From Eledone cirrhosa (lineage: Eukaryota), in the NCBI GenBank assembly GCA_964016885.1, contig OZ024757.1, forward strand, positions 7,254,001 through 7,318,000: a stretch of 64,000 nt of DNA. Reading direction: 5' to 3'. This document shows, one piece after another, positions 54,132-64,000 of this stretch; position 1 is the first letter of the stretch; each line of letters opens with the position of its first letter. Below the pieces are notes generated by a model that ran no database searches, had not been told where the DNA came from, and saw nothing but the letters and a program-made list of their open reading frames with translations. The translations under genes and the position numbers were made by a program.

Positions 54132-54695
54132 TATAAATAACATTACAGATATGTTGTATATATATATATATACATAAATAACATTACAGATATGTTGTAT
54201 ATATATACATAAATAACATTACAGATGTGTTATATATATATATATATACATAAATAACATTAAAGATATGTTGTATATATATATAGATATATATACATAA
54301 ATAACATTAAAGATATGTTGTATATATATATAGATATATATATATATAAATAACATTACAGATATGTTGTATAGATATATATATATATAAATAACATTAC
54401 AGATATGTTGTATAGATATATATATATATATATATAAATAACATTACAGATGTGTAAAAAACATTATAAATTGCTCGCAATTCGTTTAGAAAAACATTAC
54501 AAATATAATGTCTAAGCCATGTATAAAAATATAATAATATAATTTATTGAACAATAATGATAAAGGAAAGAAAAAAGGAGGGGAGGGGAAATTCACCACC
54601 AGGTGTGACAATTAGCTGCACCTCACACCATAGGGGTTAACACCACACTTTCAGGCAAGTCAACACACTGGCAACATTACCACGGGTTATGGCAT

Positions 54696-55478
54696 GGCTA
54701 AGGTAGTGAAATAACCAGGTACCCTCACCTGACACCCCAGTAAGGTGAGGCTAAGGTAGTGAAATAACCAGGTACCCTCACCTGACACCTCAGTAAGGTG
54801 AGGCTAAGGTACTGAAATAACCAGGTACCCTCACCTGACACCCCAGTAAGGTGAGGCTAAGGTAGTGAAATAACCAGGTACCCTCACCTGACACCTCAGT
54901 AAGGTGAGGCTAAGGTAGTGAAATAACCAGGTACCCTCACCTGACACCTCAGTAGGGTGAGGCTAAGGTACTGAAATAACCAGGTACCCTCACCTGACAC
55001 CTCAGTAAGGTGAGGCTAAGGTACTGAAATAACCAGGTACCCTCACAGACATCACCTCACACCTCAGTAAGGTGAGGCTAAGGTACTGAAATAACCAAGT
55101 ACCCTCACCTGACACCCCAGTAAGGTGAGGCTAAGGTAGTGAAATAACCAGGTACCCTCACAGACATCACCTGACACCTCAGTAAGGTGAGACTAAGGTA
55201 CTGAAATAACCAGGTACCCTCACATACATCACCTGACACCCCAGTAAGTTAAGGCTAAGGTACTGAAATAACCAGGTACCCTCACAGACATCACCTGACA
55301 CTTCAGTAAGGTGGAGCTAAGGTACTGAAATAACCAGGTACCCTCACCTGACACCTCAGTAAGGTGAGGCTAAGGTACTGAAATAATCAGGTACCCTCAG
55401 ACATCACCTGACACCTCAGTAAGGTGAGGCTAAGGTACTGAAATAACCAGGTACCCTCACAGACATCACCTGACACCA
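54696..55478. repeat. 53/62-bp minisatellite GGCTAAGGTACTGAAATAACCAGGTACCCTCAC(AGACATCAC)CTGACACCTCAGTAAGGTGA
   Basis: About 14 direct copies in two length classes. Confidence 0.95.
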
Positions 55479-56284
55479 GTGATGACAAAATTAATACTGT
55501 ATTTTCCCAAAAAATCTTATTCTATATCGGTGCAAATCTCATGAAGAATTAAGTTTTTAGTGAGAGGACTTTAAGCTGTATTCTGTATTGGTAGCGGAGA
55601 TTATATCCTTAAAGAAGATAGAGATGTAAGGCTGCATGTTTATGTTTCATGGTTGTGGATCAGATCAGTAGGCATACTTCAAAACATAATAAAGATTTAT
55701 TTTTGCTTGACGTGAACGTATGTACAAAGGGTGTGAAGTGGTACAGAGATCCTGTATAACAAAGCTGACATGTAATAGCAAATCTCTTAATGGTAAGTAC
55801 TTTGGAACCAAGTAGTCGGTTATGGTAACTCTCCTAAAAGCCGTATAATGAAACTACTCTCATTGTTAGAGAGCAAAGTGACAGGAGTAGGGAATTCATT
55901 ACGAGCTGCTAGACAACTCCAAAACACAACTGGGGGGTAGTTTTGAAAGATGGTGTTTTGACTGGGAAAGACATTTCTAAGTTGCTGGTGTCAACAAAAT
56001 GTAAAGAACAACTGCTACCTAGAACTGAAAAAAGGTGTGAAGCAACCGCTGGGTGGAAGTCATCTTTTGTATTCATACGCCACCAACCCTAAGGGCTGGT
56101 GAGTGACAAAACACGACTAAATTACTCCGCAGTGATAAAATAGTGTCACTGCTTGCTACATTGTTGTTAATTATATTATGTTACATGGAGTCCAGCCTGT
56201 AGCCAACAAATATATACTATTTGCTAAAGTGATAATTCCAGAAGAACAAACATCTACTAAACAACCTCTTCTAAATATCTCTAC

Positions 56285-58518
56285 ATAACTAACTTCTTCT
56301 AAAATATCATTACATATGGTGTGAATAACAGATTTAGATGGGTGTTAGATGTATTAAAACTACTTACAAGATGATATCATTACATATGGTGTTAATAACA
56401 GAGATTTAGATGGGTGTTAGATGTATTAAAACTACTCACAAGATGATATCATTACATATGGTGTTAATAACAGAGATTTAGATGGGTATTAGATGTATTA
56501 AAACTACTTACAAGATGATATCATTACATATAGTATAAATAACAGAGATTTAGATGGGTGTTAGATGTATTAAAACTACTTACAAGTTGATATCCTTATA
56601 TATGGTGTTAATAACAGAGATTAAGATGGGTATTAGATGTATTAAAACTACTAACAAGATGATATCATTACATGTGGTGTTAATAACAGAGATTTAGATA
56701 GGTGTTACATGTATTAAAACTACTTACAAGATGATATCATTACATATGGTGTTAATAACAGAGATTTAGATGGGTGTTAGATGTATTAAAACTACTTACA
56801 AGATGATATCATTACATATGGAGTTAATAACAGATTTAGATGGGTGTTAGATGTATTAAAACTACTTACAAGATATCATTACATCTGGTGTTAATAACAG
56901 AGATTTAGATGGGTGTTAGATGTATTAAAACTACTTACAAGATGTGGATTGGCAGTATCGGTAGAGGGTCGGACGCCATGCTTTCCAGCATAGTTACGTC
57001 CCTTTACGATCTGAGTTCAAATCCCGCCGAGGTTGACTTTGCCTTTCATCCTTAAGGGGTCGATAAAATAAAGTACCAGTAATGCACTGGGTAACTGCTG
57101 GCCTTGTGCCTAAAGAAGAAACAATTACATATGGTGTTAATAACAGATTTAGATGGGTGTTAGATGTATTAAAGCTACTTACAAGATGATATCATTACAT
57201 ATGGTGTGAATAACAGATGTAGATGGGTGTATGATGTATTAAAACTGTTTACAAGGTGATATCATTACAGATGGTGTTAATAACAGAGATTTAGATGGGT
57301 GTTAGATGTATTAAAACTACTTACAAATGATATCATTACATATGGTGTTAATAACAGAGATTTAGATGGGTGTTAGATGTATTAAAACTACTCACAAGGT
57401 GATATCATTACATATGGTGTTAATAACAGAGATTTAGATAGGTGTTCGATGTATTAAAACTACTTACAAGGTGATATCATTACATATGGTGTTAATAACA
57501 GAGATTTAGATGGGTGTTAGATGTATTAAAGCTACTTACAAGATGATATCATTACATATGGTGTGAATAACAGATGTAGATGGGTGTATGATGTATTAAA
57601 ACTGTTTACAAGGTGATATCATTACAGATGGTGTTAATAACAGAGATTTAGATGGGTGTTAGATGTATTAAAACTACTTACAAATGATATCATTACATAT
57701 GGTGTTAATAACAGAGATTTAGATGGGTGTTAGATGTATTAAAACTACTCACAAGGTGATATCATTACATATGGTGTTAATAACAGAGATTTAGATAGGT
57801 GTTCGATGTATTAAAACTACTTACAAGGTGATATCATTACATATGGTGTTAATAACAGAGATTTAGATGGGTGTTAGATGTATTAAAACTACTTACAAGA
57901 TGATATCATTACATATTGTGTTAATAACATAGATTTAGATGGGTTTTAGGTGTATTAAAACTACTAACAAGATGATACCATTACATATGGTGTTAATAAC
58001 AGAGATTTAGATGGGTGTTAGATGTATTAAAACTACTTACAAGATGATATCATTATATATAGTATTAATAACAGAGATTTAGATGGGTGTTAGATGTATT
58101 AAAACTACTTACAAGGTGATATCATTACATATGGTGTTAATAACAGAGATTTAGATGGGTGTTAGATGTATTAAAACTACTTACAAGGTGATATCATTAC
58201 ATATGGTGTTAATAACAGAGATTTAGATGGGTGTTAGATGTATTAAAACTACTTACAAGGTGATATCATTACATATGGTGTTAATAACAGAGATTTAGAT
58301 GGGTGTTAGATGAATTAAAATTACTTACAAGAGGATATCATTACATATGGTGTTAATAACAGAGATTTAGATGGGTGTTAGATGTATTAAAACTACTTAC
58401 AAGATGATATCATTACATATGGTGTTAATAACAGAGATTTAGATGGGTGTTAGATGTATTAAAACTACTTACAAGATGATATCATTACATATGGTGTTAA
58501 TAACAGAGATTTAGATGG
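56285..58518. repeat. 72-bp minisatellite
   Basis: Unit GATGATATCATTACATATGGTGTTAATAACAGAGATTTAGATGGGTGTTAGATGTATTAAAACTACTTACAA; SINE inserted at 56944. Confidence 0.96.
56944..57124 (+). mobile_element. tRNA-derived SINE inside the 72-bp array
   Basis: Near-identical to the reverse complement of 5851-6030. Confidence 0.9.
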
Positions 58519-58724
58519 CAAAATAACAAAAAGTTGAAGTTACAGACTTGATAAATTCCTTAAATATAATTCTTTTATTAACAACAAATAGAATGAAATT
58601 TAGGACATAAATACACTTCATAAAATTAATTATGAAAAATTAATAAATTGTTTACAAAACAAAAAATCAATAAAAAAAAGGGAGTTAAAAAGAAAAAGAA
58701 AAACAGGTAAAACTACTCCTTCAA

Positions 58725-59912
<1,188 letters not shown>

Positions 59913-60227
59913 TCACAGTGATAGGGTTTCTCTCCTGTGTGTGTTCTTTTGTGTTTAGTCAATGCACCATTACTGCCAAAATATTTCCCACATATTTCAC
60001 AGTGATAGGGTCTCTCTCCAGTATGTGTTCTTTCATGTGTATTTAAGTCATTACTCCTGCCAAAATATTTCCCACATATTTCACAATGATAGGGTCTCTC
60101 TCCAGTGTGTCTTTTTTTATGTATAATTAAATGACTGCTTCTTTCAAAATATTTCCCACATATATCACATTGATAAGGTTTCTCTCCAGTGTGTCTTCTT
60201 CTGTGAACTAAAAGAACAATACTATCA

Positions 60228-60681
<454 letters not shown>

Positions 60682-62040
60682 TAACCTCCCGCCAGAATTT
60701 TAGTGTATAAAAATCGAAATGAAAATATGTAGCAAGTTGGCGAGAATGTTGTAACAGGCATGAAAATTACGACAAAAGAATGTTTGGAAAAATCAATGAT
60801 AGATATCAAGGTAGCCAACCGCTCTTGGCCAGAGAACGACTGGACATCCATCTATCCATCACCCAAAGATACAATGTAATAAAGTAAAAGTAATAGAAGA
60901 GCTCAAAGTTCAAAATATAGTTCACAGGTGTGCAATCACATGACAGCAGGAAAGAAAGTGTGTTCCAGAGAATGAATGCAGGTGGTTTCTGTTCTGTGGT
61001 ATATCGTGAAATTTCCAACCTCCGAATGGATTTTCTCACAGGAAGAGTGCTGCAAAAATGAATTCTCTGGCTTTGGTGAAGCTGTATTGATGTATTGCTG
61101 TTGCTGTTATATTGCTGTTGCTGCTGCTGTTGTCTCGCTGAGTGAGCGTATTCGGTGTTTAAATTCACAGTAAAAAAATTTTTTTTTAGAAAAAAATGAG
61201 TTGCGCAAAGTGCTAGAAATAGCAGCCGAAGTTGATGGTCGATGTTGAGAATGCGTTGACCTGGAAGGGTCAAGAGGCCAGCGACCAGAGAAATAAGCAT
61301 TCTTAATAAATGCGCGGTTATCAACGGTAAATTTACATTGTAAATTTATAAACCGGCAAATAGAAGAATATAGCTTAAGGCTGAAGAATCCTTGGGGGAG
61401 AAATGCTATCTCTGGCGTGCGGCTGTCTGTGAGTAGAGACATCTCAGTGAATCGAGAATTTATGCTGCCTACACGTGCCAATACAAGGTTGAAAAAAAAT
61501 ATTTCTAACGCGCGAGAAAATGATAGTGCAATTTTGAAAGTGACAATGATGAAAAAGAAAGGCTTCAATCAGCATAATTATTGGTGTGAACTTTGGGGAA
61601 AAAAAAAAAAAAAAAAATTGAACGATGAAGAAAACGATGAACAAAAAGGCAATGGTTCATCGAAAATAAATGTTCCTGTTGAAATGTTATTTAAAGAATA
61701 TCAAATTTCTTTTTTTTTTTTGTGTTTTGAAAGAGTTCGTTGTAAGAAACGAGAAACATATATATATATATATCGTGAAATGTTTTTTTTTGTTTTGAAA
61801 GTGTTCGTTGTAAGAAACGAGAAACATATATATATATATATATTGGTGAAATGCGACAGTTAATTGATGCGTGAGAGAAAAAGTCTGTCTGTGCGAATTC
61901 CACATGTGCGTGTGTGCGTGTCCTTGAGTAGTTTCATTGTTTGTCGCTAAATTTGCTGTGTATTCGTAATGTTACTCACAAAACCAGATGTGCTATTTTT
62001 TTCTTTTTTTGGGGGGGGGTGACCACTTATAGCGATGAAC

Positions 62041-62072
62041 GGCTGCGTGTTCGTATCACGTCAGGGTTACCA
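62041..62072 (-). promoter_or_regulatory. Extended primer-binding site complementary to the tRNA-Trp 3' end
   Basis: Plus strand GGCTGCGTGTTCGTATCACGTCAGGGTTACCA versus metazoan tRNA-Trp 3' end GGCTGCGTGTTCGAATCACGTCGGGGTCACCA (recalled from memory). Confidence 0.85.
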
Positions 62073-62073
62073 A

Positions 62074-62440
62074 TATAGCGAGGGATACTGGGTGTATGAA
62101 TGTAACAAAACGAGACATGGTTTGTGTGTATAATATTTAATTAACGGTAGATAGTATACTTGACATGTCAAAGATAGATGTTAGAATGAAACAAAGTTAG
62201 TAGTTACCGTTTTGATTGCCAGGCAAACGCGGCTGGCAGAGGGCGCCTGGCTAAGGCCAGGCGCCTGTTGGCCAAATTAATGGCAGAGCCAAATGAGAAG
62301 ACTCTTGACCTGGTGCCGAAAAGGCAAAGAGAGAGAGGAAGCTTAAAGTTGTTAGTTTTATAGGGCTCTGACCGGAAGTCGTAGAAAGGGTTCCACCTCC
62401 CGTCTAGATCCCAATCAAAACAAGGGAGACAACCGCTACA
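62074..62440 (-). repeat. 5' LTR (367 bp)
   Basis: Appears identical to the 3' LTR except for one extra G at ~62082. Confidence 0.93.
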
Positions 62441-63051
62441 ATAGTGTTTGTCTTTAATATGTATGTGTTTGTGTGTAGATAATTCATCTTCTCATGAGAA
62501 AGTTTTCCTACAAATCTCACAGCTATATTCAGGAATATTTTTGTGTAATGATCCTTGTTCAGTACACTGTATGTCTCTGTGACTCTATCTATATTGGTAG
62601 AAACAGGTGTGGTAGAAATGTCCAAGTGTTTAACGTCCTCCATCGTAATTATTGAAGACTTCTTCGAAGTTCTGAAGATATATGACTGTGTAAGACATGT
62701 CGGTATAAGAAAGTATAAGAGAGAGAGTGTGTGTGTGTGTTTGTGTCTTAATAAATGAGGATTGTTCACCACGGAGTGTAGAAAAGTACACAATATCTGC
62801 TGTGTTAACAATACAAATGATACGTACTTTATATTTCAAGTCCAAGTGTAAAGTCAAGAAAGACCAGGAAAGCTAATTGTTCAGATGTTGTTGATTTAAA
62901 CCTATTTCTCACTGTCCTGTAAAATGTGGAACAACCAATTCACGATGTAGCGTAGTTTCTCATGAAATGAAATATTTAATCATGTAGGAGATGGAACACC
63001 TACCCTGGAACATGTAGCTCACTCTATGTTTTCTACAGAATATTAACTTTC

Positions 63052-63513
63052 GGCACTACCATGCTATTAGCTGTCACAAGTGAAAGTTTCGCCAACCTTC
63101 TCAATCGTAAACATCCTTTATTTCCGTATTACCACGCTATATTTTAATAAAGCATATCCATGTAAGTGGTGTTGTTACTTAAATGAAAACATAGGTGGCC
63201 CTTAAAAGGGCAAGATTAGAAAACAAGTCATGGTATCAAATAAATTGGATTTAATCATTTATATTTTCATAGTCATGGTTATCAATTTCATGTATAGGGT
63301 TGGTGAAACAAATTTGATAACCATATATTTGTTTATAAACTTAAATTTCTTTTCTAATTTGTCCCCTTTTAAGGGCCACCTATATTTCCATTTTAGTAAC
63401 ACCACTTACATCGATATGCTTTATTAAAATAACCCATGGTAATACAGAAATAAAGGATGTTTACTATTGAGAAGGTTGACGGAACTTGTGACAGCTAATA
63501 GCATGGTAGTGCC
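63052..63513. mobile_element. Foldback MITE, diverged subfamily of the 8861/25094 element
   Basis: Perfect 30-bp TIR GGCACTACCATGCTATTAGCTGTCACAAGT; shares CAACCTTCTCAAT, ATCCTTTATTT and AGGTGGCCCTTAAAAGGG blocks. Confidence 0.88.
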
Positions 63514-63759
63514 AATTAAATTATAAATTATAAATTAACATCGAAAAATTAGTAAAATAAAATATTACGGTCCTCAATACAGGTGGACCGCCCTGTCTTG
63601 CACTAACATAGTCTCCAACGTAGAATGTTTTCTTTTTTACCAGTGTTTAATATATATATTTTTAATCCTATTGTAAAGATTATGTTGAAATTCTGAAAAT
63701 CTAATAAATGTATGATTTTGAAAATAAAAAAATTTAAAGGAAGTAATTTTGTACTTTCA

Positions 63760-64000
63760 TAAGAGGAGGATAGAGTAATAGATGTAAAGAGAGGGGGAGA
63801 AATAAGAGGTTGATAGAGTAATAGATGTAAAGAGAGGGTGAGAACTAACAGGTAGATAGAGTAATAGAAGTAAGGAGAGGGTGAGAACTAAGAGGTTGAT
63901 AGGGTAATAAATGTAAAGAGAGGGGGATAAATAAGAGGTTGATAGAGTAATAGATGTAAAGAGAGGGGGAGAACTAAGAGGTTGATAGAGTAATAGATGT
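63760..64000. repeat. 43-bp minisatellite GATAGAGTAATAGATGTAAAGAGAGGGGGAGAAATAAGAGGTT
   Basis: Direct tandem copies to the window end. Confidence 0.9.

Larger units (their letters stand above)
51775..54455. repeat. TAAATAACATTACAGATATGTT-(TA)n minisatellite, interrupted by a SINE and an RTE
   Basis: Unit present at 51775-52030, 52368-52696 and 54132-54455. Confidence 0.9.

Noticed and set aside
55490-56280. Possible decayed DNA-transposon coding remnant; similar unassigned stretches at 6040-6900, 13800-14210 and 40990-41640
   Set aside because: No diagnostic motif could be read with confidence.
61212-61224. GCTAGAAATAGCA matches part of the engineered Cas9 sgRNA scaffold
   Set aside because: Only a 13-nt hairpin coincidence; the flanking scaffold sequence is absent.

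Overview
Repeat-dominated, AT-rich animal DNA, most likely a coleoid cephalopod (Octopus-like). That assignment is inferred from the tRNA-derived SINEs, RTE LINEs with (GAT)n tails and single-exon C2H2 zinc-finger genes. The only host genes are three C2H2 zinc-finger loci. ZNF-A (15686-16051, +) and ZNF-B (34907-35296, +) lie in two copies of a tandem segmental duplication (~7.8-16.9 kb and ~24.0-37.8 kb). ZNF-C (59324-62643, -) is frameshifted and split by a young 2.1-kb non-autonomous LTR element. The rest is LINEs (one near-full RTE and many 5'-truncated copies of a second RTE family with a PHD-type finger inside the RT), SINEs, Penelope-like fragments with hammerhead ribozyme cores, a Helitron, several foldback MITEs and about a dozen minisatellites. 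Nearly all long ORFs in the track are repeat artefacts. Three observations stand out: (1) a foldback transposon with a histone-mRNA-type 3' stem-loop in each arm, found in an inferred intron of all three ZNF loci; (2) an LTR primer-binding site that copies 32 nt of tRNA-Trp with a mismatch exactly at position 58, a possible fossil of m1A58 read-through; (3) a nest of hammerhead-bearing Penelope ends from several families at 50.2-51.4 kb. All calls were made by eye, with no database searches.
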